Shown here in pieces: positions 54,325-64,000 of a DNA stretch of 64,000 nucleotides. The notes under the pieces were generated by a model. It saw only the letters and a list, made by a program, of their open reading frames with translations, did no database searches and was not told the origin of the DNA. Source of the stretch: an uncultured Bacteroidales bacterium (lineage in GTDB: Bacteria; Bacteroidota; Bacteroidia; Bacteroidales; Muribaculaceae); contig CADAAI010000012.1 of the NCBI GenBank assembly GCA_902785925.1, positions 2,179 through 66,178 of the forward strand, in the 5' to 3' direction. How positions within the stretch are numbered: the stretch's first letter is position 1; every line of letters begins with the position of its first letter. The translations under genes and the position numbers were made by a program.

Positions 54325-55188
54325 TTAATCGGTGATGAGCGTGCCTAAAGCGGTGCGGTTGAAGGTGTTCTTCACCCAGATGGGTATGTGCTTCTCGGCC
54401 ACAGGCTTGATGGTGGGAGCGTAGATTACCTTGGCTCCCTTGTCGCACATATCTTGAGCTTGAGCATAGGTCATTTGGCGGATAACCTTGGCGTTAGGGT
54501 CTTTTTTGGGGTCGGCAGTCATGAAGCCGTCAACGTCGGTCCAAATCTCTAGGCTCGAGGCATTGAGTGCGCTGGCAACGATGGCTGCCGTATAGTCGCT
54601 GCCGCCACGTCCCAGATTGGAGATGCGCCTGCTTTTGCTGTCGCGTGAGATGAATCCACCCATTACTGCTACTTTGCCCTTAAACTTGCCAAGGGTGCTA
54701 GCAATGTTGGCGTTGGTGGCTTCTAAGTCGCATTCATGGTTGTTGCTGCGAATTATCTCGAGGGAATTGAAATGCGTTGCGTTTTCAATAATCAGGCTTA
54801 TGATTAGCGAGGAGAGGCGTTCGCCATAGCTCACTACTTCCTCGATGTCGCTCTCGGTGAGTTCCTCGCTTTGTGATATGTCGGTATAAGCGTTGCTTAG
54901 CTCATAGAAGAGGGCGCGCACTCGGTTGAGAGCATCGTCGATTTCCTCACCCTCGATGAGCTTGTTCATGATTTCGCTGTGGCGTGAGGTGACATCCTGC
55001 ACAATGCGATAGGCACCGATGTCGTTTTTCGCCGCAAGGTTGGCTGCCTTGATAAGAGAGTCGGTAAGACCTCCTAGTGCCGAAACCACAACCACAACGG
55101 GTTCGTCTTGATGCTCCACAATGTATTTCACGTTGCGCAGAGCCTCAACAGTACCAACCGATGTTCCTCCAAATTTTAAAACCTTCAT
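54325..55188 (-). CDS. Aspartate kinase catalytic domain protein without ACT regulatory domains
   Basis: 287 aa. MKVLKFGGTSVG signature and an amino-acid-kinase fold, ending (IWVKNTFNRTALGTLITD) where ACT domains normally begin. Confidence 0.75.
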   Translation of the reverse strand: MKVLKFGGTSVGTVEALRNVKYIVEHQDEPVVVVVSALGGLTDSLIKAANLAAKNDIGAYRIVQDVTSRHSEIMNKLIEGEEIDDALNRVRALFYELSNAYTDISQSEELTESDIEEVVSYGERLSSLIISLIIENATHFNSLEIIRSNNHECDLEATNANIASTLGKFKGKVAVMGGFISRDSKSRRISNLGRGGSDYTAAIVASALNASSLEIWTDVDGFMTADPKKDPNAKVIRQMTYAQAQDMCDKGAKVIYAPTIKPVAEKHIPIWVKNTFNRTALGTLITD

Positions 55189-55289
55189 GAGTGTAACGCT
55201 ATTTTTGCCGTGTAAAGTTAGTGCTTTTTCTTGATATGGTAGTAAAAATCTTGTAAAAATTGCGAGAATTGAGTATTTTTGCCCTCGAA

Positions 55290-55895
55290 ATGGAAGATTT
55301 GAACCTCGACATATTCAATTTGCTCGACAACCAGCCAGAGCCGGCTCGCGGCTCAATGCTGGTGGCAAAACCCACAGTAGAGGACTTTTGTTTCAAGCGC
55401 AGCGTGACTATTCTAGTCGACCACGACAATGAGGAGGGTTCGATGGGTGTGATGGTAAACAAACCCACGCGTTTCACTCTTAACGAGATAGAGCCTGAGA
55501 TTGAGTGTAACGAGCCGTTGCCTCTATATTTGGGTGGACCAGTAGGCACGAATATGTTGTTCTTCCTTCACACACTGGGCACCGAAGTGATTCCCGATAG
55601 TGTGCAGTTGGCGCCAGGAGTGTTCTTTGGCGGTGACTTTGAAGTGATGAAGATGTATCTTGAGAGTGGCGATCCTGTGACAAGCAAAGTGAAGTTTATA
55701 ATTGGCTACAGTGGCTGGGCTAAGGCACAGCTGGAGAGTGAGCTCGAGCGCCATGACTGGGCAGTGCTCAAAGATAACGCAGCCGAGTTAATCTTCAAAA
55801 CTCCCGATGACCTTGTGTGGGATCAGGCAGTGAAGGGCTTTGGTGACCAATATCGCATGTGGCGCACTTGGCCCGACGATGTGTCGCTTAACTGA
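55290..55895 (+). CDS. YqgE/AlgH-family (UPF0301) protein
   Basis: GSMLVAKPTVEDFCFKRSVTILVDHDNEEGSMGVMVNKP and YLGGPV are family-typical. The ATG at 55290 is preferred over the TTG at 55260. Confidence 0.8.
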   Translation: MEDLNLDIFNLLDNQPEPARGSMLVAKPTVEDFCFKRSVTILVDHDNEEGSMGVMVNKPTRFTLNEIEPEIECNEPLPLYLGGPVGTNMLFFLHTLGTEVIPDSVQLAPGVFFGGDFEVMKMYLESGDPVTSKVKFIIGYSGWAKAQLESELERHDWAVLKDNAAELIFKTPDDLVWDQAVKGFGDQYRMWRTWPDDVSLN

Positions 55896-55921
55896 AATCA
55901 AGATGTAAATATATAAAGCGA

Positions 55922-55943
55922 GCATTGCATGTGAGTGCAATGC
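55922..55943. terminator. Hairpin between convergent genes
   Basis: 8-bp stem GCATTGCA / TGCAATGC with a 6-nt loop. Confidence 0.45.
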
Positions 55944-55969
55944 CCGTAATCGTTGTATATTAGGCCTGA

Positions 55970-57154
55970 TCAGGCTTTGCCTATAGCTTCGATTTGGTTG
56001 GTTAGTGGGTTGCTGTACATTTGTAGCATGTACTTGAACATGTAGTTTCGGTCGCTGTCGTTGACAGGAATGTCGGTAATCTTGTCGAGCTGCGAGTTGA
56101 GGTAGTCGTTGAAGATGCTTGCTTCCTCGGTGGTGTAATGGTCGGCAAACTCCTTGTTGTCGAACAGCATATCGTGAGCCATATAGTTGGTCTTGAAGAT
56201 CTTGTAGTTGGCGTGGATAGTGTGGTCGATGATGCCGCAGATGCGTTGCACGGTGAGGAGTCGGTCGAGGTCGGCAGGAATTTTGTCAAGTTTGTCGTTG
56301 ATGCATGGTGCAAACGAGTAGTGGATTTGTCCCTTGAACTCGGCGATACCAGTCTTCATGCTGATGAGGTCATCCTCCTGAGTCTTCTTGAAATTGGGAT
56401 CCTTGCTCTTGAGCAGGTATTCGCGTGCCTTGAGGCAATCGTTGGGGTCGTACTCGTAGCTCAGTGCTATTGGTGCTATGTTCATCTCCTTGAGGCTCTC
56501 GATGAATGGGACTTCGCGGTTGCCGTAGGTGAGCATCTTAATTAGGCTCTCCTGCGTGCGGTCGTTGCTGTCCTTGCATCGTCCCTCGCGTTGAGCAATC
56601 CAGATTGAACCCTTCTTCTCCTTGAGCACGAAGTGCATGTAGGCCGAGAGTTGCAAAGCGGCTGCCATAGTTTGAAGGCGTCCCAGATTTCGCTTCACGA
56701 TGAAACACTTGTTAAGACGAACGAGTTTGGTTATCCAATTGTAGATAAGCAGGTTGTTGCCAATAGCTATCTCGCAAGTGTCCATGTCGTTCTCGAGCAT
56801 AAGGTAGCTGAGCAGAGCCGAGTCGAGTACGATGTCGCGGTGGTTGGTGATGAAGGTGTTGGGCACGTCTTTCACAAGGTTCTCGAGTCCGCTTGCAGTA
56901 AGACCTTTAGATGTTTTGGCTAGGAGCCCGTCGATAAAAGGTTTCATAACCTTGGTCTGCAAGTCGTATTTCGAGTTCAGGCTCAGCAGTAAAATCTTGA
57001 ATTGAGTGTAGTTGTACTGCGGCATGACAATCTGGGCAATCTGCTTGAACATGGGTTCGTTGACCAGAATTGACATCTCATTGTGGAAGTCCTTGTCCTG
57101 AATGGGACAGATGTCGGCATATTCACTAGGTATAATGATATTCTCGTTTTCCAT
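55970..57154 (-). CDS. Acyltransferase-family protein (PlsC/lysophospholipid acyltransferase-like)
   Basis: 394 aa. An NHRDIVLDSA segment resembles the HX4D acyltransferase block, and IAQREGR resembles the second block. Substrate unknown. Confidence 0.5.
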   Translation of the reverse strand: MENENIIIPSEYADICPIQDKDFHNEMSILVNEPMFKQIAQIVMPQYNYTQFKILLLSLNSKYDLQTKVMKPFIDGLLAKTSKGLTASGLENLVKDVPNTFITNHRDIVLDSALLSYLMLENDMDTCEIAIGNNLLIYNWITKLVRLNKCFIVKRNLGRLQTMAAALQLSAYMHFVLKEKKGSIWIAQREGRCKDSNDRTQESLIKMLTYGNREVPFIESLKEMNIAPIALSYEYDPNDCLKAREYLLKSKDPNFKKTQEDDLISMKTGIAEFKGQIHYSFAPCINDKLDKIPADLDRLLTVQRICGIIDHTIHANYKIFKTNYMAHDMLFDNKEFADHYTTEEASIFNDYLNSQLDKITDIPVNDSDRNYMFKYMLQMYSNPLTNQIEAIGKA

Positions 57155-57192
57155 AACAATAGGGGGTTAATAGAATGTTACACTAAAGTTTT

Positions 57193-57200
57193 CAAAATTA
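57193..57200 (-). promoter_or_regulatory. -7 promoter box (TAATTTTG on the minus strand) for the acyltransferase gene
   Basis: CAAAATTA on the plus strand, about 38 nt upstream of the start at 57154. Confidence 0.5.
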
Positions 57201-57484
57201 CTAAAAAACTCATGACTGGCAAAATTATCATGTCAGTTTTTAAGTTTTTTAAAGCATGACGAACTGCACAGTTTTTTTAGACAATAACAGACAATTAGTA
57301 ATATCACAATAGATGCCACCTATGTAGGCGTGCGGCTTGTGGTTGTTAAAGACAATTGAACTTGTTTTTTTTATACACAAATAGCCATGAATTGACCACA
57401 AGTTCTCATTTAATAAATGTTGTATTTGGCTGCGCATAGTAGTGTGTTTGAGGCTGATAGCAATGAAGAGCAATAAGGAAACAA

Positions 57485-57512
57485 CAAGAGCTGGCGTGAG
57501 GGCCAGCTCTTG
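57485..57512 (-). terminator. Hairpin terminator after the giant T9SS protein gene
   Basis: Perfect 11-bp stem CAAGAGCTGGC / GCCAGCTCTTG with a 6-nt loop, 29 nt downstream of the stop. Confidence 0.65.
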
Positions 57513-57540
57513 CTGAATGTTTGAGTTTGATAATGTTGTT

Positions 57541-60500
57541 TTATCGCTTGAGGATTTGCTTGATGGCTCGTGTGCCGCTGTAGGTGCGAGCTTCCACGAA
57601 GTAGACGCCATCGAGCAGATGACTCAAGTTGAACGTTGCATGATTATCATCGGGAGTGAAGTGATCAAGCAACTTGCCGTTGACTGAGTAAACGTTGACC
57701 TCCTTGAGGATGTCGCCAGCCTTAACGCTTATCACATCTTGAACCACTGAAGGTGAAATGATGATTGACGACGATGATACCACGTTGTCGATTCCCGAAG
57801 TGTTGTTAAGATCAAACACCTGTGGTTCGTCGAGGTCGCCATAAATCCAGTCGCTGAGCCATTGAAGCTCCTCGCTGAACCATACTTCCTTACCGTTGTA
57901 GACAGTGGCGAAGCGAACGGTCTTGCCGGCTTCGTCGGCATTGCCTGCAATAGTGAGCATGTAGAGGCCGTCCTCGGTGGCGGTAGTAACGCCACGGCAC
58001 TCGCCGTCGACGAATGCAGCAATGCACAGATCATTGACTTCAATGTCACCCTTCACAACTTGTGCAACCACATTCATATTGTCGCTGAACTCGTGATGGT
58101 CAACTGGGGTGAATGGCAGGTTGCGTGGCGCATTCATCATCACAGCTGGCGCTTGATAGGTAGTAGCATCGATGGTCGGATAAACGAAGACCAAAGGCTC
58201 ACTGTTGCATGACTTGTAGTAATAACCCATACCAGGCACTATGGCTGTGAGATCGCCCTCCCACTTGTAGCCGTCGTAGAACGCCACTTGGGTCTTGCTC
58301 TTGACGATGTCGCCACGAGTAGGCTGCAGGTCGGCAAACGCCTCATTCAGGCTCAAGTTGTAGATTGACAGCGGACCAATCCAGTTCCATCCAGGGTAGA
58401 TGGCTTGAGTAGTAGTGCGGGTGTCAATCATCGTACCGCTGATTATGTGGTTGATATCGTTCTTGACCTTGAGCTTGTAGAGGTTGCCAATGGCGAGCGT
58501 GTCGAGACCGGTAGAGGTCCACTTAGTGCCGCTGTTCATGGCAAATCCTTCCTTGCCCTTGATGGTGTTGAACACCTTGGCATGTCCAAATAGGCTCTCG
58601 AGGTCGGCCTTGCCCTGCTCGGGCTGCACATAGAGCGAAATCCAGTTCCAACCATTAGCAAGGTTGCATTGCTGCTCTATCAAGTCACTGGGTTGCCAAA
58701 CGACAGGATTGTCGTAGTCACCAACCAAGCCGTTGGGCAGGTAGGTGGGGCTGAGCGTCTCTCCATTGAGCTTGGTTTTTACATTACCAAGCACCACTCC
58801 TCTTTCGGCATCATAGATGCGGAAGGTGATAGGTTTGGTGCTAGTGATGTCTTCCAGGCCATATATAGTCATGCTCACGAAGTAGGCATCACGGCTGGTG
58901 ACGAGCTTGGGCGATGCCACACCACAGCAATTGTTATCGACAAAGGCTGCTATCTTGGTGTTAGTATTGGTGCAAATCTTGTCGTCGAGATAGATTTGAC
59001 CTATCATGTTCATGGAGCTCTCATAATCATCGGGATTGACAGTCCAGCTGGGCTCGTTGCCCCGCACTGTGACGTTAAAGAGCAGCGGTGCGCAGATGTC
59101 ACCATCGTTAACGGCATAGGCATATACCAGATGTGTGCCCACAGGAGCATCGGCTCCAATGGTGAACTGCACTGGTATTGTCTCATCAATAGCAAGCACA
59201 CCACTGGTTTCAGATGGTTGAATCCATGTGGGCAAGCCAGTAATGCTGAACTTGCCATTCTCACGGCCTTTGTTGTGAAGTGTTGCCTGAGCTGTGAATT
59301 CACTCAAGCGATCTTTATCAACCACGATGCTCTCCTGGTTCCACTCAAGGGTGTTGTAGTCGACCACAGCACTCCAAGTGATGGGCTCAGAGATATTGTC
59401 ATACATGTCGCGCACGTTCTTGACAACGAAGGTGAGCAGGTTGCCCTGCATGCGCGACGGCAATGTGAGCAAGTTGATGTATATCTCGTTGTTAGATGCC
59501 GTGTAATCAAAATCAAGGTTCTGCTTGAGCGGCGACGTGCGTAATGCAGGAGCTGTAATGGCTTGAGTAACGCCATCGCCCAGCGCGTGAGTGATGCCCA
59601 TCTGTGAAGCATTAGGAGCGCTGTTTTCGAGGCTAAACTCAGTGACGATGTTGCCATTGGCATCAAGTGAGCTATGCTCCATTGGGTAGTAGGCTATGAG
59701 TCCAGTAACCTGTGCGGTATCAACCTGGTTGTAGCGGTTGGCGATTACCGAGGTTCCGTCGCATGCCACGTTCCACACCCTAATCTCGTCGATGTCGCCA
59801 GTGAAGTGGTAGCTTTCCTCAATAAATTGGTCGTTATCTGGATTGCGCTTCAAGATACCGCCCACATAGAGGTAATCGCCCGCTGGTGCTGGCAGTTGCT
59901 GCTCGGCAATGGTCTTCACGGCACTGCCATCGACATAGACCACAGCGCTCACACCACGATGCACATTGAGCGCCAAGTGATGCCAGTTGCCGTCGTTGTA
60001 GTTCACATTGGTGAGCACAATGGGCAGACCATTGCTAATGAGCGACGACAAGGTGTCGTTATACACATGCAGGAGCATGGAGTTGTCGTAGTCGAAGCCT
60101 ATCGACACGCGGTCGGTTACCGAGAGCAGCGTTGCCCTGGCATTCTTGTCCTTCTCGCCACGGAACCAGGTCTCAACAACATAGCTGTCGCTCGGACGAG
60201 GAGAAACTGAGCCAATAGGAATCTTTATAACGCTTTCACCATCGAGATGGGCAGCGAGATTTGTGTTCTCCACGTTCCATGTCTCGGCTGGCAAGTGAAT
60301 GTTGCGGGCGCGTGCATAGTCGGTAACCACGGTGCCATGGCCCTCATTCATCTTCCAGTAACCCACCAGGCCTGGCAAGTAAGGAGCCTTGGCCTCATCC
60401 TTTTGCCCGAGCTGAGTGCGCACTGGGTTATTCTTGTTCCACAGCACGAGCTCATGCATCATGCCAGTGAAATTGCGTCCCAGCGTCAATTGTCCGATGC

Positions 60501-63500
60501 CATTGTAGTCGGGAACGATAGCCTCGTCAAAGAGCATCGTCTCGTCGGCTTCATTGGCCATGATCATAGTGAAGGTGTTTTGATTACTCATTGCACCCTT
60601 CACATAGTTAAGAGCCAAGAATACCCATTTGTCCATGGGAACTGCAGCTTGCGATGTGATAACCTTGCCGTTGATGTTGGCCTCAACCTTGCCTTGGTCG
60701 TTAATCGAGAGGCTCAGGCTGTTGCCCTCGGTACCGTGCTCAAGTATTGTGCCGCTACTCAGGCGCTTGAGCCACAGCGAGGAAGCGAAGCTAGTGTTGG
60801 CAATGGGCAGATAGGCATCGGTCTCAACAGGAGTGCCGTTGAACTGCAGCGACACGTCGTGTGAAACCTGCGCATCGTTGAGCGAACCTGTGATGAAGAA
60901 GTTGGTCTCCTTGGTGAGATAGCTCTCGCGAATGTCCTCATTGAACTTGATTCGGATGTCGTCGGTGGGTGTGAGGATGCCCGCGTTGGGATAGGCCTGT
61001 CCAAGCAACTTGGGACCACGGGTGTCGCGTGTCACAGTTTTCTCGGGAGTTGGTTTGGTATACTCTTTGCCGCCATAGACGCTCATACTTTCGGCAACAA
61101 CCACATAGTTGCCGTCGATGTTGGGCAGCACGAGTGTGTAGTTGATGTTGGGTTCTTCGTCACTTAGCATAGATTGCACATCGCTCAGCTGTCCGTCGGG
61201 TAAGTACTCCACATTGGTAATCCACTCATGGGCGGTAATCCAATTGTTGTCGCCAGCAAATCGATACTTGAGGCGCACACCCTTGAATCCTGTGAAGAAG
61301 CGGTTAATGTCGCTTATAGTGACTTTCACTTGCTCGCCACTTTGCACATCGTGCTGGTTGAGCACGTTCTTGTCGAGCGTGAGTTTTATCTCAGGAGCAG
61401 CAGGGGTAAAGTGAACATTTATTTCCTGTTCGTCATATACTGTGCGTCCCATAATCGATGATGCCGGGTCGAGCATGTATTCGCAGGTGCTGAGCAATTG
61501 AATTTTCACGTTTTCATAGTCAAGTATCGACTGATCGGTCTGCTTCACCGAGAGAGTTTTAATCAGCGGCGTTCCATATTCGAGCCAAACCTCGTGGCCA
61601 TCTACCATAGCATCTCCATCTATAGTCACTTGCAACCCATTGGGGTTGGAGGCAGGATCGACATAAACCAGTACCGATGAGAGCTGGTCGTGTGTCTCAC
61701 TGTCGTTGGTCATCCTGATTTCAACTGATGCCGACTGACCAGCAGGGATGTCAACGTAGTTGCGTACAGGAATCTGGATGTGAGGATTGTCAAGCTTCAT
61801 CGTCGCGTAGTCGAGGATTGTGCCAGGGTTGTAGTACTTGGTGACCCTTTCTCCCTCATAGGGGCAACGGGTCTGGCCGCCTCGGGTGCGGAATATGGGG
61901 CTCCATGCTCGTGGCGAATTAAATATATCGACCGTGTGGGCATTACCACGCTGAGTATCATTTAGAGTATAGGAGAACAATTCGGTGGTAGTTGTCTCGT
62001 TCACCTCCTGCTTGGTGTGGTGGTAGCCAATGTCAACATTGGTAATGAATATGCTACCCCACTTGCCGAGCAGATATCCATTCTTGCCCTTGTAGGCAAG
62101 AGTGGTTTTAAAGTTCTCGGTAGAATTTTCCACATCTTTGGTCACTGTGCTGGTGGAATTGGTGACGGTGACTCCACGCTCAAATGACTCATTGCCCACC
62201 TTCATCTTGGGGTCGTTGAAGGCTTTGATTTTGTCTTCTTCATTATCGGCAAGAGTTTTTTTCCACTGTTCAACAATCTCATTGCACCAGCGCACACTGT
62301 CACAGCCCTCATAGCCATTGGGGAACCGAGCGTAATAGCTAGGTCCTTCCATGCCTTCGGCCGCCTCGCTACCCCAAGCTTTGGCATCGTCGTTGGATGT
62401 GCCATATTTGGGGTCGTTTTCGGTAAGGAGGGTGTAATAGGTGGGCACAGCTGGTTCCTCCTCAATCTCATCAAGCGAGTTGATGTGCTTGAGCATTGAG
62501 TTGCGGGTGCGATTGATATTCTTGAAAAGGGTGTTCTCGATGTAGCTTTGTGTGTACTGGAAATGGGTGTTGAATTTCTCGTCCATCGAAACGGTCTCCT
62601 CCATCCCAATGGCCCATGAGCCATCGTCCTGCCGCATGGGGCCAATCTTGTCGGCGGCGCCAATGATGTAGTTAGTGGAATAGCCTATGAACACGTCTCC
62701 GTCGCGCCCCACGAGAATAGGCGAGGCACTAGTCGAGGTGGAATGATTGTGTGAAAGAGTGACCGAAGTGTGATGATCCCAAGTTTTCTCGATATTGTAA
62801 GAGATACCAAAGGTATTCTCGTGTATGAGCGTGTTGTAGAATATCTCTGCAAAGACAAGAGTGCCCGATACAGCGCCAAACTCGAGTGTAGTGTTGTAGT
62901 TCCAGGCGAATTCTGTGCCTTGATGTATGCCATAGGTGTGATAGCTGTAATTGCAAGTGACGGTGTCGGTGCCCCATGTTGCGGTTGATGCATCGCCTGG
63001 CGGATCACGCAGCACCATTTGCACGTGGCTTGGGCCTGCAGTGATGAAATTGTTGCCTGTTGGCACCACTCCCGTAATGATTGCCTCCAGCCCCGTGTTG
63101 CGCCACAATTTAGTTTGATCATTGATTACCATCGAGGCATTCATAGTGCGTGTGTAGGGAGCATTAAGGCTGGGTATGCCCACAACCCACTTGTAGCGTC
63201 CTTCGCCGTTTTCATCGAGTTTCACTTGCTCTCGCTCGAGCTTTACGAGCTGTCCGCGGACCACGTTGTGTCCATCAACTTCTTGGTCAATGGCCGCTAT
63301 GCGTGCCGCCTCACCTATCTCGTTGTCGAAGGTTACTACCGAGTCGCAGAGTAAGTCTTCGTAGCGTCGTCCAGTGGCGCTAGCATCATAGTTGAGATAA
63401 GGCTCATAGGCCCTCACCTTAAATTCATAGGTTCTTCCCTTCTCAAAGACGGGGTAACCGAAATTATAGGTTGCTGAATGGGACTCCTCATCGTAGGAGT

Positions 63501-64000
63501 AGGCAGGTAGTTTTATGTCTTGATGCGCTTCGTGGACAAGAATGGTGTCAGTTCCGAAAACACCTATTGGAGCTCCCATCTGTGTGATGTCCATTACAGG
63601 ATTGCTGCGATAGGTGAGCATGAGTTTCTTGTTGCACCTGAACAGAGGCAGTGGTGTCCTGTCCTCGGTGTATAAAGTGTCGGGTATCACACTGTCACGA
63701 GGATTGGTCATGTTAATTGCCGGAACGTTCATAAACAACTCGTTGCTCTCAAGCGCTGAGTTGTTGGGGAATTTCACGCTCTCCACCCTATAGCGGATGG
63801 GTGGCACAATGGCACTGAACTCACCAGTTTCGCTATCAGTGGTGATATAAATATATTTTGCTTCGTCGATAGAGCCACCTGCACGGTAGGCTGTGCTGCC
63901 TATTGCCGTTGAGGCGCTCTCGACCGTAACATTCTCGGCATTGGGAACCCACTCGCTCGTGGCGCCCTCGATGTGCTGCACGGCATTGAGCATGCGCTGC
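57541..64000 (-). CDS. Giant secreted surface protein (more than 2150 aa, 5' end outside the window) with two LamG/concanavalin-like domains and a T9SS C-terminal sorting domain
   Basis: The reading frame stays open to the window edge. LamG_3-like segments (LVGYWKMNEGHG, IDEIRVWN, HELVLWN). The C-terminus VNVYSVNGKLLD...GVYFVEARTYSGTRAIKQILKR is typical of a T9SS CTD. Confidence 0.8.
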   Translation of the reverse strand, partial: QRMLNAVQHIEGATSEWVPNAENVTVESASTAIGSTAYRAGGSIDEAKYIYITTDSETGEFSAIVPPIRYRVESVKFPNNSALESNELFMNVPAINMTNPRDSVIPDTLYTEDRTPLPLFRCNKKLMLTYRSNPVMDITQMGAPIGVFGTDTILVHEAHQDIKLPAYSYDEESHSATYNFGYPVFEKGRTYEFKVRAYEPYLNYDASATGRRYEDLLCDSVVTFDNEIGEAARIAAIDQEVDGHNVVRGQLVKLEREQVKLDENGEGRYKWVVGIPSLNAPYTRTMNASMVINDQTKLWRNTGLEAIITGVVPTGNNFITAGPSHVQMVLRDPPGDASTATWGTDTVTCNYSYHTYGIHQGTEFAWNYNTTLEFGAVSGTLVFAEIFYNTLIHENTFGISYNIEKTWDHHTSVTLSHNHSTSTSASPILVGRDGDVFIGYSTNYIIGAADKIGPMRQDDGSWAIGMEETVSMDEKFNTHFQYTQSYIENTLFKNINRTRNSMLKHINSLDEIEEEPAVPTYYTLLTENDPKYGTSNDDAKAWGSEAAEGMEGPSYYARFPNGYEGCDSVRWCNEIVEQWKKTLADNEEDKIKAFNDPKMKVGNESFERGVTVTNSTSTVTKDVENSTENFKTTLAYKGKNGYLLGKWGSIFITNVDIGYHHTKQEVNETTTTELFSYTLNDTQRGNAHTVDIFNSPRAWSPIFRTRGGQTRCPYEGERVTKYYNPGTILDYATMKLDNPHIQIPVRNYVDIPAGQSASVEIRMTNDSETHDQLSSVLVYVDPASNPNGLQVTIDGDAMVDGHEVWLEYGTPLIKTLSVKQTDQSILDYENVKIQLLSTCEYMLDPASSIMGRTVYDEQEINVHFTPAAPEIKLTLDKNVLNQHDVQSGEQVKVTISDINRFFTGFKGVRLKYRFAGDNNWITAHEWITNVEYLPDGQLSDVQSMLSDEEPNINYTLVLPNIDGNYVVVAESMSVYGGKEYTKPTPEKTVTRDTRGPKLLGQAYPNAGILTPTDDIRIKFNEDIRESYLTKETNFFITGSLNDAQVSHDVSLQFNGTPVETDAYLPIANTSFASSLWLKRLSSGTILEHGTEGNSLSLSINDQGKVEANINGKVITSQAAVPMDKWVFLALNYVKGAMSNQNTFTMIMANEADETMLFDEAIVPDYNGIGQLTLGRNFTGMMHELVLWNKNNPVRTQLGQKDEAKAPYLPGLVGYWKMNEGHGTVVTDYARARNIHLPAETWNVENTNLAAHLDGESVIKIPIGSVSPRPSDSYVVETWFRGEKDKNARATLLSVTDRVSIGFDYDNSMLLHVYNDTLSSLISNGLPIVLTNVNYNDGNWHHLALNVHRGVSAVVYVDGSAVKTIAEQQLPAPAGDYLYVGGILKRNPDNDQFIEESYHFTGDIDEIRVWNVACDGTSVIANRYNQVDTAQVTGLIAYYPMEHSSLDANGNIVTEFSLENSAPNASQMGITHALGDGVTQAITAPALRTSPLKQNLDFDYTASNNEIYINLLTLPSRMQGNLLTFVVKNVRDMYDNISEPITWSAVVDYNTLEWNQESIVVDKDRLSEFTAQATLHNKGRENGKFSITGLPTWIQPSETSGVLAIDETIPVQFTIGADAPVGTHLVYAYAVNDGDICAPLLFNVTVRGNEPSWTVNPDDYESSMNMIGQIYLDDKICTNTNTKIAAFVDNNCCGVASPKLVTSRDAYFVSMTIYGLEDITSTKPITFRIYDAERGVVLGNVKTKLNGETLSPTYLPNGLVGDYDNPVVWQPSDLIEQQCNLANGWNWISLYVQPEQGKADLESLFGHAKVFNTIKGKEGFAMNSGTKWTSTGLDTLAIGNLYKLKVKNDINHIISGTMIDTRTTTQAIYPGWNWIGPLSIYNLSLNEAFADLQPTRGDIVKSKTQVAFYDGYKWEGDLTAIVPGMGYYYKSCNSEPLVFVYPTIDATTYQAPAVMMNAPRNLPFTPVDHHEFSDNMNVVAQVVKGDIEVNDLCIAAFVDGECRGVTTATEDGLYMLTIAGNADEAGKTVRFATVYNGKEVWFSEELQWLSDWIYGDLDEPQVFDLNNTSGIDNVVSSSSIIISPSVVQDVISVKAGDILKEVNVYSVNGKLLDHFTPDDNHATFNLSHLLDGVYFVEARTYSGTRAIKQILKR

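Noticed and set aside
57249-57611. 120-aa minus-strand ORF overlapping the 3' end of the giant gene. The about 270-bp region 57210..57484 is otherwise unassigned.
   Set aside because: It overlaps the T9SS CTD coding end and the terminator hairpin and shows no motif. The remaining gap shows no clear structure, so no feature was called.
58669-60864. Plus-strand ORFs 58669..59544, 59674..60210 and 60247..60864 inside the giant gene
   Set aside because: They are antisense shadows of a continuous 6.4-kb minus-strand reading frame. The translations are Val/His/Gly-rich with no motifs.
1-64000. CRISPR arrays, rRNA genes, IS elements, prophage genes, clustered DnaA boxes
   Set aside because: I saw no regularly spaced short repeats, no rRNA-like sequence, no transposase or integrase-like ORF, and only isolated partial TGTGGATA-like words.

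Overview
This window looks like a chromosomal segment of a Bacteroidales genome, probably Prevotellaceae-like. Supporting evidence: a frdCAB fumarate reductase operon, a SusC/SusD pair, several type IX secretion (T9SS) C-terminal sorting domains, and TAnnTTTG -7 promoter boxes in front of many genes. Most of the window is housekeeping: frdCAB, class I fumarase, PBP1A, miaB, xseAB, mltG, ssb, argR, prmC, lysA, trx, udk, lptB, aspartokinase, initiator tRNA-Met and tRNA-Lys. Accessory surface and secreted functions are interleaved with these. They include two tandem about 1000-aa C10 (streptopain-like) cysteine proteases with T9SS tails, a minimal SusC/SusD locus, and a partial T9SS protein of more than 2150 aa. 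Four proteins end in a two-segment dockerin-type module. The most unusual item is a dockerin-tagged GH13 amylase next to a dockerin-tagged multi-CBM starch-binding protein, which resembles an amylosome but sits in a Bacteroidales genome. A third dockerin protein occupies the SusE/F position of the SusC/D locus. Other points worth a second look: a REP-like C5/G5 hairpin element found at two gene ends and once in frame inside miaB; a full-length ArgC homologue that has lost its catalytic Cys and its NAD(P) motif; an AT-rich islet encoding a P-loop ATPase-HTH fusion next to about 380 bp of structured non-coding DNA; a perfect LacI-type palindrome upstream of the amylase; and mosaic identity between the two protease paralogues. 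I saw no CRISPR array, rRNA, transposase or integrase. All calls come from reading the sequence and the ORF translations by eye. No database search was run.
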